A DNA stretch of 61,649 bases, the filler included, from Hausera hauseri (lineage: Eukaryota): the NCBI GenBank assembly GCA_046269625.1. It is 12 parts of 12 records of this genome, joined end to end, with 100 filler letters (N's around TTAATTAATTAA, not from the genome) between each part and the next. Parts side by side here need not be neighbours in the genome. Positions count along the whole stretch, not along the records: positions 1 to 4,997 come from JBJURY010366260.1; positions 5,098 to 10,849 come from JBJURY010195081.1; positions 10,950 to 16,090 come from JBJURY010323717.1; 9 more parts are not named here. The stretch is one strand, 5' to 3'. The notes under the pieces are model-generated. The model was not told the DNA's origin. It saw only the letters and a list, made by a program, of their open reading frames with translations, and made no database searches. The position numbers were made by a program, and so were the translations under genes. Below, one piece after another: positions 1-12,949 of the stretch (position 1 is its first letter; every line of letters starts with the position of its first letter).

Positions 1-59
1 ATTTCATGATAATTCCTTTGTCAAGGATCCGTTTTCCCTGATGCTTTTTTTTTTTTTTC

Positions 60-560
60 AGTCTCTACTCGTCTGTTCCTGAAGGTTCCACCGTAAAGTG
101 TGTCTGGCGACATTATTTTGCTGTCTTGCGCAATCTTCCTCCTGGCCACTTCCATCTACTTGTCATGATCCTGTACATTATTGGATCGTGTCCTGTTTTG
201 TCTTGCACGATTTCATTTGTTCCATAGCTATCTAATTCTGAGTATTTGTTTGAGACTTTTGTATAGAAATGCTTATGGCTTATATTTTACTGGTCTTATG
301 TTCTCTTTCATGTTTCTCTTGTTGAGAATCACAAAAACACTAAATAATATGTAGGTGTACCTGCGTGTGTGCAGAAGTGTGTTTGTGATGGCTGACATCC
401 AAGTAGCCAGAGGGGTCTCTTTAGCTCTGCATATTTGCTCTACCTCCAAGGCTGCTTGAGGCTAGTGCTGCAATTTCCATGTTCTAATAGCATGTATAAA
501 TATGTAGATTATGAAGAGAAAATGTAAACATTCCTTCAGATCCCCCTGATTTCTTATTTT
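60..560 (-). mobile_element. Decayed RTE-like non-LTR retrotransposon 3' remnant (boundaries approximate)
   Basis: Minus-strand translation gives SLKQILRIR and RWKW...NNVARHTLRWNLQ, resembling the RTE ORF C-terminus (LRKILNIRW...RWRWIGH...RQALTWNP); many stops. Confidence 0.45.
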
Positions 561-727
561 CTGCTAAAAAGCTAGGATGTTGAATGAAGCTGCAGCTTAA
601 ATACATTTATTATGAGTTCATATTGAGCCCAAACTCAATGTTCCCTCCTGAAGGTGATGGGTCGGGAGTGATGATTGGATGGGAGAGGAGGTAGCAAAAT
701 CCCAGATACAAACGGCTGAAATTAGCA

Positions 728-3170
728 TCATCTGTAGGCTAGCTGGGAGCTATCATTAGGAGCAACAATGATATCAGATGAAAACCTTTTGGTGTATGTT
801 TTATCTTCTTCACACATTATACTGATAGCATTTCTGTATTTGGATTGTAAACAAATAGAAAAATTATGATTATTGAGATTTCGACGAATAATTATTTCAC
901 AATACATCACATTTACCTTGTCATTTAAATCCAAATCGTGAAACAAATCACTGCTTTCAAACGCCAATCCCGTACAAAAGTTAGCTGAATTAACTCCGTT
1001 TTGAATTTCTCGAATAAGACATTGAAAAAATTTATCGAACGTGTCACAGCTTTCCGTACCAATTGCATACACACCTGTCATTTCGAGGTGTGTTACGTGC
1101 GGATATACAATGGTCATTAGACTGATATTATTTTGTGTGTAAAAGTACAACATTAGAATGTACATATCTGTGAAATTTTCAACATTTTCATCATTGGAAC
1201 CATTTTCGATTACAGGAATGGTCGGCTTCAAACTTTTGAAATTATCGAATTTCGGTCGACTTGGAACGGCGTGATGTTTTTCTGTTTTTTGTGCTTCATA
1301 AAATTCTTTAATATCAAATTGCACTATGGAGTAAGTATTAGATATCTGGCTAAGGAGGATTCCAGGATGTAGCTTCCCTTGGTGTTTATGATTAAAGGCA
1401 AGAACTCTCTTGTTGATCAACATCATATCAGCATTTGGAATGTTACACGATGGCGTATATGATTTTTCAGGATAACATTTTTCCGAAATAAATGCCCTAC
1501 TGTTACGAAAATCAGGCCGCATACACTTAAACTGTGTATCACACTTCATCCAAACGCAAGTAGAATCGGGTTCACTTTTGTAGAAGTATTGCAGCAAATA
1601 AAATTGTGGGTGATAAAATGGACATTCTTCCTCACTTAATGGGTCGACTTTAACAAGCGGTACAACCATAGTCTTATCATTCTGCGGATCTCCAATAAGG
1701 CTCATTGAACCAACTGGATAGCAAAAGCCTGCAATAAAATCTTGGCAGTTTTTTTAGCTTTTTGAAGACCTTCAAAGTTTGGCTTTCTTGAACCCAGCGA
1801 ATTAGATGTATAATATAATGGCATTATTATACTCACTGCTCCCATATCTCCAATAAATATAACGCTCAATGAACCGTTTGTAGTTTGAGTAACGTTTTCC
1901 AAAAATTTCAGTGCTGATTCATCTGGTTGAACATTATCGATAAGCATAATAGATCTAATTGTTCTTCCTTTTGTTAAATGTGGTGAATGGCCTAAAATCT
2001 CATGAATACTACTACTAGATCGTTTATTTACAGATAATTGAATTTTCATAGAATCCAATAACGTTTCAACTTGTCTGAAAATTAGTGAACATTTCTGATA
2101 ATTGTATTCTAGTGTTATTAATTTCTTACAGGCATTATCGATTAGGATAAACACCGTTCCGTTTCCAGGAAGAATAGCTTTGATATTTTTTGAAATTTCG
2201 CTGCTGCTTGACGATTTACGAAATTCTTCCAATATTGAAATACTGATCAAGACTTCCATAAGAGTTTCTTTAATACACTTCAGTTCTTCCTCAATGTTCC
2301 TAGAATTACCCCACGCTATTAATCCATTGTCTTTTACATACAGTTTTAATATTGATAATAACTTTTCGAAGCCTTGAATAAAATAGTTTGTCTGGTCTAT
2401 TGTTTCATCCATTGTATAATTTACCGATAATATCGAATCTTTACAACGCAGTAGTAAATTGAGACATTTCATATGGTCTTCAGTGTAAGTTAATGAAAGT
2501 TCCTGGTGAATATGCGACAACTTTTCTAGAGATTTTGGAAATTGATTAACAAAATCAGAAATATACGAAATAGTTAAGTTCGTATCGGAGCTGGTAACAT
2601 TCAAAGGTTCATTTATGAGTTCACCAAGTATTCGAGCTTGCAAATGTGTCAACTTCTTTTTAACGCGCTAAATTACCTCTGAGACCTGAGGTTTGAAATC
2701 CAGCGAGCGTGAATTTAATGTCGATAGTGCAAGAGAGATTAATGTAAGTTCTTTCTGATCATATGATTCGCTTATAATAGAGCATCGAGTAAGTAAATCA
2801 TCTAAACGACGATCAATTCGATTTATCAGATCTATTGGATCATTAGAAGGATATATTAGGTCAACTGAGTCCAAATCCACTTCATACCGTACGAGAGATT
2901 TTGATGATATATCAAAAATAGAATCGAGATTCTTCTTCCAGACATCTGAGTGAAATTTGTACTGTTTGAGTCGTAATTCTCGTGCGTTTCCTTTTAGTGA
3001 CGATTCATAGAAGATTGTGTCGGGAATTTGAGGATTGAATATGTTTTCTGTCATCACTTTGTTTTCTGACACCAATTTGATTCAGAATGTAATAGAAATA
3101 AATCCAAGAAGATAACGATAAAAGATATTCCTTTATTCAATTTTTAAACTTTGTTAACTACAGAAACCAT
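728..3170 (-). pseudogene. Single ~800-aa intronless ORF of unknown function, disrupted (ORF-track pieces 2668-3075, 1702-2652, 728-1705)
   Basis: 2668-3075 and 1702-2652 are in one frame separated by a single TAG (EVI*RVKKKLTHLQ). Adding one base to the T7 run at 1749-1755 joins to KNCQDFIAGFCYPVGSMSLIGDP. A hydrophobic GISFIVIFLDLFLLHSES stretch lies near the 5' end in another frame. Confidence 0.6.
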
Positions 3171-3369
3171 TGATTATTATTGTCAATATTTTTTAATCTT
3201 TACAACAGGGCAATAACTTGTCAGAAACAAAAAATATGAACACATTGAACAAGGTTAGAAATCATAAGAAAAAAAGGTATACAAATAAACAGTTTATTCC
3301 ATAAATCAGATATTTTCACAAAAAACCAGACAATGGCCTCAAATTTGAAGATGAGTAGTCTTCGTTAAA

Positions 3370-4997
3370 AATGTGATTACTCTGCAACGACAAAATGAGA
3401 ATTTATCAATAAGAGTTCAGCCTGCCGGAAGGAATATTGAAGAAGTTTGAGATGATGTAACTGAATGTTTAAACTGAATGAGCATAACCAGACGGTTTAG
3501 CAGGACTGATATGGAACTGCTCTGAATAGCCAATAATACACGATGATACATCGATGATAAGGTTTATCGCAGCATTATTGTGAACTAAATAATACCGTCT
3601 ACTTGGTAACTTCTGGGATAGTTTATTTATGAATGTTTCATAACCATCTTAATTAAAATATCCAGATTGGGCTTTGAAATGAATTGGGCTTTCATTTGTA
3701 CAGTAAAAAGTTTTTTATAGATTCCGGCAAAAGATCGAGCTGTGCCAGCGACCATAGTTTTGAACCAACTTTTTCGTTAAGTAGAGTTGTTTGTACCCGA
3801 ACGGCATTGAGTTTTCGAACCGTTTCCAATTTTTCTTAGCCATTTGGATTTGATTGAAATCGACGCATATCCGATAATTTGATCATCAACGGATCTTGAT
3901 CGGACACAAGCCATGCCCACGACCGCGGTACCACATCACTCCCCCCGTGGCAGAAAAGAAACTGTTTAGTGGAAAAAGAATGATGAAGATAATACGATTG
4001 ACAACAACGAATCGCAACAAGGAATAAAGCTTGGTTTCTATTCAGTCTTAGTACGGGTTAGGCGTTGTGTACCATCAAAGAATTTTTCTCTGCTGTACGT
4101 ATTGAACGTTACTCTGCGTGGCTTACTTGATAGATTTATACTGGGTTGTTGAGCGATGTTTTATGATGGGGGTGATAGCGAAGATGAGTCAAGCAAGAAA
4201 GGAGATGAAGGTTGTGAGCATGTTGACGGAGATGGAGACGAGACGAATGGAAAAGATGATGATGATTGAGTGTGAGTGAGTAGTGATTGTTGCAATGGCG
4301 CAAAATCGTTTAGAAAGTCAGAAGAGGTGTTACCTGAGTCTGAATTAAATGTAGAGTGGTTATCTGGAATGTCATCAATGAAAAAAGCAGACTTCAGATT
4401 TGAAATGTGGACGCTGTACGATTTATCTTGGCGTAAAATTGTTGCTGTGTAAGATGAAAGATTCAGCAGTTTGTACGGGTCAACATATTAACGTCTAAAA
4501 CCTGAAGGAGACTGATCTTTTAACCACACAAATTTGGCGGAATATAAATCCTTTGGAATGTAGGATTTGTTGTGATTAAAGTGGCCGCAGAATGAGTCTG
4601 AGCTGACCTCGACGAAGTGAGATTGTGCTGCACGAATGTTTTTGTCTGCAGGATTGTCGTCGAGATCAGAAAGCTCAAATAAGGCTCTAATTAGAGTCCG
4701 AAAGAGTGCTCCGGCTGGAGCGCAACTGGTAGTGGTCGAAGGTGTGTTGCGCCAACCTAGTAGTACAAAAGGTAGAATGGACGTCCAATTGCGATGAGTG
4801 TCAGCCAAGATTTTTAATGAGACTTTCATTGTACGATGGAATCTCTCAAGAAGGCCGTTTGCTTGAGGATGATATGGAGTAGTATGAAAATGGGATATCC
4901 CCAAGCGTTTGACAAGTGACTTGAAAAGCTCAGACTCAAATTGTGGACCTTGATCCGTTATTATGTAACGTGGGGAACCAAAGCGACTGATCCAGAT
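3370..4997 (-). mobile_element. Ty3/Gypsy 3' part: integrase, polypurine tract and 3' LTR (far LTR end uncertain)
   Basis: ITDQGPQFES, TTPYHPQANGLLERFHRTMK and LPFVLLGWRNTP integrase motifs (4488-4997); PPT GGGGGGAGTGA at 3946-3936 followed by LTR start TGTGG at 3935. Confidence 0.85.
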
Positions 4998-5097
4998 NNN
5001 NNNNNNNNNNNNNNNNNNNNNNNNNNNNNNNNNNNNNNNNNTTAATTAATTAANNNNNNNNNNNNNNNNNNNNNNNNNNNNNNNNNNNNNNNNNNNN
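4998..5097. other. Artificial contig spacer (44 N + TTAATTAATTAA + 44 N)
   Basis: Exact 100-bp layout repeated 11 times; the 12-mer gives stops in all six frames. Confidence 0.98.
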
Positions 5098-5762
5098 TAC
5101 CCGTTAAATATAATAATGAAATTCGATATGTCCAACCGATTATAAGAGTACTGTTCGCATTGCACACAATTCCGACAGAAAGCAAAAATTGCACAGCACT
5201 AAACAAACCTTTTATTAAATATGATAACCAAGATCTTTGGGTTAGATTACCGGACCAAAAAAGAGTGAAGAAAAAACCCAAGAAATTGACAATGACCAAC
5301 CTAAGACATGCTATTAAAACCAATATGTTTACTGACGTATCAAAATCGGCTTTATACAGTAAAAAAATAGACTCGTTCGTAAAGTTTCTGGCATATCCAA
5401 GACAACGAGAACAAGTCGTAAATCGAGGAATACATTGAGTAATTGATGACACAGCTCGAGAAGGAAACTGGGATCAATTATGGACCCCTGACGCATAAAC
5501 GAAAATTGTCTCGAATTTGTGGTACAAAATGTGGGGAGGATTCCTCACATTTGGCCAAGTGGCTTCAGGATTTCTGCCTATTTACTTTATCTTACAAACT
5601 TTGAAAGTCTGTATTAATTCGGTATTGAATGCTTACGAAATTTATAACTTAACATGATTGTCATTATGCATAGTCGGTCCATTATTTTCACCGCTTGGTA
5701 AATTCATTAAAGCTTACCATGAAAAACAATGGCGAGGCAAATTAGAAAAGCATGTAGACTAA
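5098..5762 (+). pseudogene. C-terminal part of a chuvirus-like (class III-type) envelope glycoprotein
   Basis: One frame with a few stops: VSKSALYSKKIDSFVKFLAYPRQREQVVNRG...KIVSNLWYKMWGGFLTFGQVASGFLPIYFILQTLKVCINSVLNAYEIYNLT*LSLCIVGPLF. This matches my recollection of the chuviral G membrane-proximal/TM pattern (SGIYS...FP...W..F..FG..SAG...K...NGY.L...G.S). Confidence 0.7.
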
Positions 5763-6399
5763 AAACCGGTAAATCAGTCTTGGAGGATACATCAACATGC
5801 TCTGACAATAACGATGCACTAGTATATTATCCACTATCTGGAATTCTCAGGAAAAAAAGAAAGCTAATCACGATAGCGAAAACGAAAAGCAAAAATAGCG
5901 AAGCAAATGCACCTTAAGAAAGTAGAACGATTTCAATTACGAAACTACTGAATTTACCAGAGATAAAAGATCCATACGCTACATGAGATTACGCAGTTTA
6001 TCTAAAATTTCAAAAGAAGAGTTACTTCAATCTATCATCACTCATAACATGGAAAAGAACCGAGTATCCTTACCAGTATCTCTTTGAATGGGTACAGTAC
6101 CACACATACCTCACCACCGCGTGAAGGCAAATACAGGTTACGATAGCGAACAACAGACAGTCAAAATACGTACCCTTTACAATGACATTTGCTAATGAAC
6201 AACGAAATCCCACAGAACACACTAGTTATCCTGATCTTACGGAGCTTAAATAACAAAACACGAAACCTGAAGAAGATGTCCAATCTTAGGATAGTTTGGC
6301 AGTTATACTATCAAGTGGAACAATAACAAATTATTTTGCAGCCAGTTATACCTTGACGGCACCACATATACGATCATAATAACGTACTAACCTTTCTTG

Positions 6400-9300
6400 A
6401 ATTAATAAGAGATAATCGACCGCATTCCACTATCCACATCGACACATTCGATATAAATGCGATAATAGACAATGGCGCTAACGTTTTTTTAATAGCCAAA
6501 CATGCAATACCCAACGAACTCCAATCTCAAATAAAGATAGCCCCAAAGGAATGTACTGGCACTCGTTCAGTTTTTCAACAATATTTAAAACCGTATGGAT
6601 ATTAAAAATGTAAACCTATGATTTGTGGACAAAGGATTAAAGTAACGTTAAATGTAATGAATACATTAGATCCTCGATGCATTAAAGGAATAAACGTTTT
6701 ACAAAAGCTCAAAGGGTTTCATATTAACCTACAATCAGTATCTATCTGTCCTAATAACGAAGGCATTCCCAGAAATTCTGACAAAACAAATATCTGGATA
6801 AGACACACTGAGAAAATACCGCCTAAATCTAGGATGGCTATTCACGTCAGAACAATATTTCCAGATAATAGCATCGTAGAGTTTGTACCAAAATTCTTCT
6901 AAATAGACTTATGCTACTGTGTCAATGCGATTGGGGGAACAATTCCTATTGAAGTATTGAATACATCACCAAAATATATTACATTATTTCCAAGAATGAA
7001 GATTGGACAAGCACATGAAACTATTTGTAACGCTGAAATTGACGGAAAGATCGCAGCAGTTACTTTAGACGAGGAAAATAGAGTCGAAAATAGGCTCGAC
7101 ACTATTCGCAAATACGAAGAAAAATATATCAGTCGAATATTTAGATAATTTCTCAGAAATAATTTACGAATATATTGATATTCTCTAAAGATGAGACTGA
7201 TATTGGACAAACCGATTTAGTCGTTTTCAAAATGTCACTCTTGACCGATTCTCAGACAGACCAAAGTGGTATCCACATCCAAAAGCACTTCAAAAGGAGC
7301 AAATACAGACAATACTGGATAAATGGATCACTGAGCCTAGCCAATCACCATGGCCATCTATTGTTATAGCAAAAAAGGTCAACACTACCAAACACGGTTT
7401 GTGTAAATTATGTTACACTGAATCAATGAATTAAGTTTATCCGATACCACATATCAGAGACATTATTGCTGAATTGAAAGATTGCAAATATTTCGCCACA
7501 TTAGATTTGCAAAGTGGATTTTGGCAGATTTCAGTAGCTGAAAAAGACCGCAGGAAGATAGGATTTAAAGCACATGCAGGAGTTTATCAATTCACATTAT
7601 GCAATTCGGACTAAAGATAGCACCGAGTACGTAGTTTATCATATATAGACGACATTCTAATCGCATCAAAAACATGGTCAGCACACTTATATGAAGTATT
7701 CGATCGAATCAGTTTCTAAACTAAAACTGAACCCAAAAAAGTGTGAATGGTGCAAATCGGAAGTTAGATATCATGGATTTGTAGTCTCAAGCGAGGGAAT
7801 ATCTACAAATCCCGATTTGATATCCAAAATATTGGAGTATGCCCCGCCTACCAGCGTCCACGAAATGAGAGCTTTGTTAGGATTAGGAGGATTTTACACT
7901 ACATTTTTTGAAAATTTTGCGGAAATCAATCAACCTCAGTGCAAGTTGTTAAAAAAGGATCAAAAATAGGAATGGGCGAAGAAATCAAGCGGCATTATAT
8001 GAAATTAAACGACGCTTGGTACCAGCACCAATACTGAGATATCCAGACATTACCGTTTATTTTAAAACAGATGCCAGCATTAAAGCAATCAGTTATATTC
8101 TAGTTTAACAGAATTCAGGCGAATTGATAGAGCATCTAATTGCTTGCGGAGTTGGAATTGTTGGAAGTTAGAGCTCCCAAATTATGATATTGAGTATAGA
8201 TATCGACCCGAAAAGGAAGATACAGATGCCATTTCGAGACTACTATACGTGAAAATAGTAGCTGCTGTATATAAACAAATGGATAAACGATAAAATTATC
8301 AATGACATGTTACAGGAACAACAAGCTCAGTTTCGAAATATTGAAATCTTACAAAATCAAGATCCATACATTGTTCAAGTCAAACAACTAGTAAATGGAC
8401 ATATGGCTGATCAAGTATCAAGCCAAAATCAGAAATTTTACGTAAAACCAAGAGCAACTCGAAATTTAAAATGACATTTTAAAACTCAAGGTTGGAGAAC
8501 GAAAACTAATAATCGTAATCTATTCCAGCAATTAAACCTGTGATGTTACAGGAACATTATTCACATCTAGCCGGTCACCCATCTCTAAACAAGACTCTGA
8601 AGTGTATAATCGCAAGATATTATTGGCCTCAGATGAATAAACATATTGAAGGATGGGTATGTTCTTGCAAAATGTGCGCAACTCGAAAAGAGAGGATTTC
8701 GCGTAAAACCATTTTTGAGAAATCTCCATGAAGTACGACAATCTATGGAAATTTGGTTACTAGACATTTCAGGACCTTTCCCACTATCAGACTCAGGATA
8801 CAAATATATTCTGTCACTCGTATATTACTATTCGAGATGTGCTGAAAAATATTACAAGTAGCACTGTTGCAGAAGCTTTCTTCTATGAAAAAGTAGCCGT
8901 TCTACTCGCACCGAAGCAATTGTTAACGGACCGCGCACCATTTATTAGCGGGTTTTTCGAAAAATTATCAAATATATTTCAATTCAAACACTTGTTAACA
9001 TCCTACCATCCACAATATAATGGTATGGTGGAACGGATGAAACGAACAATTCAAGGTATTCTGTACACAAAAGTTGCTCATGATCAGAAAGATTGGCAAC
9101 AACATGTAAGAACAATAGGGTTTGCAATAAACACTACGGCTACTAAAAGCACCAATCATTCACCATTCGAATTGATGTTTGGACGCTTACTCTATTACTA
9201 TTAGATACTGAATTATAACCATTCTCCTTAAAAGCAAGTGAACATATGGATGGCCAATATCAAGATCTACTAAAAAGGCTTAAATATTTATAAAAAGAAG

Positions 9301-9680
9301 CCAAATAATTTGAAAAGTAGAAGGCCGGTTACAAGAAACAATTTAATAAGAAAGCACGTCCACACACTTACAAAACTGATGATTACATTATGGTACATTA
9401 TCCTGCTGTTAAGAAAGGAAAGTCATTAAAACTAACACGTACTGGCCAAGGACCGTATAAAGCTGTAGATGTGCGCCTACAAAGTCTTTTTATCCAAAAA
9501 GGATCAAACAACTACGAAGCTGTATCCGTACAACGGGTTACGAGAGCACCAGCATCGTATAATGAATTTATACGACAATTACCAGAAATGTTAGAAACTA
9601 AAGTAGCTATCTTGTCTCAGAAACCAAATATAGATAATCAGAAGTCGGATTATTACCAAGCCTACATTATAATGGATAAA
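6400..9680 (+). mobile_element. Decayed Ty3/Gypsy pol: protease, dUTPase-like linker, RT, RNase H, integrase
   Basis: AIIDNGANVFLI (protease), YFATLDLQSGFWQI, IYIDDILI, LKLNPKKC, KTDAS, HLAGHPS...RYYWPQM...CKMC (HHCC), SYHPQYNGMVERM, GQGPYK. Confidence 0.93.
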
Positions 9681-10849
9681 TACTTCGGTATAATTTTATT
9701 CCTTCTGTAAGCGTCTCTCCTGAAGACTACATTTGTTGACAGCAGCAATACGAAAATACAAGTTGCCAATCTTGATTTACTTAGATGTTACCCTTGTCAG
9801 TATTAATAACGATATACCAGGTCTTTGTTTTAAGACGCATCTACCAGTTTACCATCCAGACCAAGTACATTTCAAATTCTATCTGCGCACACATCATTCC
9901 GCTACATGATTTCCAATGGAGAGGACTGTATATGCTGTATATTAGTTTACTATACAACTTAAACTTATCAAATAGAATTGTAGACATGAAATCATATGCC
10001 TTGTTATGCCATACGAAATCCACGGGAGGAAATCCGAAATCCAACACGAGCAGAAATGATAAATATCACTCATTGAGAAATAATATTTAGTACAGATCTT
10101 GCTCGTCGATAATTGAATAATGTGACATACGAGGATATAAATCCACAAAAGCCATATGTAAATTTTCGCATCAGACACCCGATGCCGCATAATTATGAAA
10201 TGTCTATCAGACTCATTCCAATAGAGGTATATTTGCCATATTTACCTTATTGTTATTTGAGCAACTATAAAATTCCAACAAGTTGTGATTTACCAACATT
10301 ACTGGTACAAGATCCGCTTTGATTTGTACCAACCGTCATCCAGCTCAGAAAGCTATCAGTTGCCTTTTGCCACCTTACCCATCCTCATTCAATTTAAAAA
10401 TAGCCAAAAGAAATTTATTCCACTTACAATAACGCCTATTCCCACCACATGTATAGTCGCATCTAAGGTAGGGGAGTAACCAAAGCAACAAAGGCACGAA
10501 GAAAACAAATAAATATGTTTTCAAAGGGAAACTTATGAAAAATTTTCCAATCAAATTTAAAATAAAACCGTATATAAATTGGATAGAAATAATAATTCTT
10601 CAAGAAATAAGAGAAGAAATTCGAATAACTTGTACGAGTATTTACGAAAAAGTCGAAACTGAATTTTCCAAAAACAAACGAAATTTTTTGCGAAGGCTTA
10701 ACACCGGATATAAGTTGTCATATTTGCATAAAGTCAACAGATAATTCGAAATTTTTTGTCATAAAAAAGTTACCTATGACGTATCGATATCAACACATAA
10801 GATATAATGCGGAAGGCAAAAGAATGAAAATACCCACACCTGTATCAAT
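9672..10849 (+). pseudogene. Degenerate ORF3 downstream of integrase (possible secreted/env-like)
   Basis: Starts MDKYFGIILFLL (signal-peptide-like) right after integrase; fragmented, no recognised motif. Confidence 0.3.
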
Positions 10850-10949
10850 NNNNNNNNNNNNNNNNNNNNNNNNNNNNNNNNNNNNNNNNNNNNTTAATTA
10901 ATTAANNNNNNNNNNNNNNNNNNNNNNNNNNNNNNNNNNNNNNNNNNNN
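10850..10949. other. Artificial contig spacer
   Basis: 44 N + TTAATTAATTAA + 44 N. Confidence 0.98.
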
Positions 10950-12086
10950 CTGTTACCTGTAAAATGTAGTTGATCAATCTTCATCCACTGTTCTGGAGGG
11001 CAGTTGCTATCTAGGGGTTGTTCCATTCTTCTGTTCTTCTACTCCATTAATGAATTCTCGGCCTCCTATATTTAGATTATGGTGTTTATAAATTTTTAAG
11101 CATAGGCTGGTGGCTATATAGTTGTGATGTTGGGATTTTCCTCTGTTGGCTAAATCGGGAATTATATGATATACTTCTTCTCAGCTCATCTTTATCAGGA
11201 GTTTATCCAGCTGTGACAGTGCATGGGAATCCAGTTTTAGATCTTCACAAATTATTTTTATTATGAGCCTACATTGTTCATTTGTTATCCCGCATTATTC
11301 ATGATATTTAATGAGGAAATCTCTTAATTCAGCTACATTACTTGCAGCCTCTCTCTTTAAAAGGAGTGGTGGTAGACCTTTCCCTTTTTGTTGGGGTAGT
11401 TCAGCATAATTTTCTTTCAATTGTTTGATTTCTCTATGTTGTACTTGTTCAACGCGATCCGATCTCACTAATTTAGATTTATCATTTATTGGATGTTTCT
11501 TGGTTTCATCAGACAGATATCTTTTAATTTCCTCCTTTAATAGTCTAATATTCTCTTCTGCCTCTTGCAATTTCTTACTTATAGTGGTATAACTTGCGTG
11601 TGTATGGAATTAGTTTGCTGTTTGAACTCCTGTTAAGTCGGGATACATAGAAGCTGTTGATGCTGGTTTTGATAAATCCCATAAAGAATTCCGTGGTGAT
11701 TTCTTCGAAATACTCGTTATTCTAGATACTGAATACGTGTCTGCATTAACTATTGAGGGAAGGAGTAGCTGTCTTCTGGTATGATCGTCCGAAAAGAGGT
11801 TACTGGTTTCATTTTCGCCGCTTGTCACACTACTTTGAAACATATAATGTACAGATACCAACAATAGCACAGTTGCATTACTCCAAGAGCTAATTGTAAT
11901 AGTTATTGAGGTTGGCTGGGCGTTCGCACATCCAAATCTTATGATTAATATTAAGGTTATCAAGGTTATGGTAGACAAATTAAGAGGGTTTCCAAAAATT
12001 ATTCCAGGAGTATTGGTTGAGGGTGTTTCTATTATTCAAGTTTGCATTATTTTTTGAGCTAGTATAGATTCTGTATTTTGTTCCAT
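10950..12086 (-). pseudogene. Degenerate low-complexity/coiled-coil ORF (possibly gag-like) downstream of pol
   Basis: MEQNTES start at 12086; S/T/P-rich, then coiled coil QEAEENIRLLKEEIKRYL; multiple stops. Confidence 0.3.
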
Positions 12087-12149
12087 CGTTTACTTTAAGG
12101 TAACATAATTTAATGGGGGTGAAACAGTCTCTTCCCCTGACCCGAACCA

Positions 12150-12545
12150 CCATTGTTCATTAGGTTGAGGTTTTGTATCTTGTATCCATCCCAGTTGAAT
12201 ATGATTGATTTCCCAGTGACTTTGAGTTCTGCTTCAGTTAATTTGCATAATACATCTGGCATAACAAGTAACATCCATATACCCTATAGTTAAGTCTAGC
12301 TTTCCACAAGCGTCAGGTATATAATGAGTAATACGTCTATATAATCGTAAATTTATGAGGGTCAGTGGATTGGTGGTGTCAAGTTCCGCATTAACATACT
12401 TATCGTATACTTTGACCAATATTGGCGTGAAAAGAGAATAATCGTTATAACTTTGACGATAGTACATGTTATATAGCAATTCCAACCTTTTTATTTTGCC
12501 TTCTAATTCATTTATATTCTTTCGGCATTTCTCCAAATCTTTCAT
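12150..12545 (-). pseudogene. Second, degenerate extra retropepsin-like domain
   Basis: PILVKVYDKYVNAELDTTNPLTLIN...HIQLGW resembles V.V.....V.ALLDTGS..TLI...ILG. Confidence 0.45.
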
Positions 12546-12949
12546 TTTTTCAGTGAACTCGTAGCTACATCTATCACTATGTCATAATCTATTAGTGTAT
12601 CTCGGCCTATAATACAGAGAATTGTATCATTTTCTAGTATGTGATACAGGATCTTTGAATATTTACCTCTCAATTTAGTTAAGGCTGTGACCATGCCTAT
12701 TATTTTCAGCTGGTTTCTGTTTATTAACCTGTGGTTGATTTTACTGCTTTCGATCAATTTCAATTTTAGAGTCGCCATCGTAGTTTTTCTAAAATAAGTT
12801 TTTGCCTTCCCAGTATCTACTACTGCTTCTATTTTGAATTTGCTTATGGTTATGGTTGTGGTTACTGTATAGTTCGATCCGTCGTCAAAGAATACAACCA
12901 CTGTATTCTTATCATCTAACTGCATTCTGCTTCGTAATGGTATTTGCAA
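12542..12949 (-). pseudogene. Retropepsin-like aspartic protease domain downstream of integrase
   Basis: IEAVVDTGKAKTYF...LKIIG...CIIGRDTL...IVIDV. Confidence 0.8.

Noticed and set aside
1702-1705. Prokaryote-like ATGA gene overlap (operon)
   Set aside because: The downstream frame is open upstream of the ATG back to a homopolymer; this is a frameshift within one gene.
2668-2685. Ultra-short intron (GTAATTTAG or GTCTCAGAGGTAATTTAG) removing the in-frame TAG
   Set aside because: A single case; no similar tiny introns explain the other breaks; a nonsense change or sequencing error is simpler.
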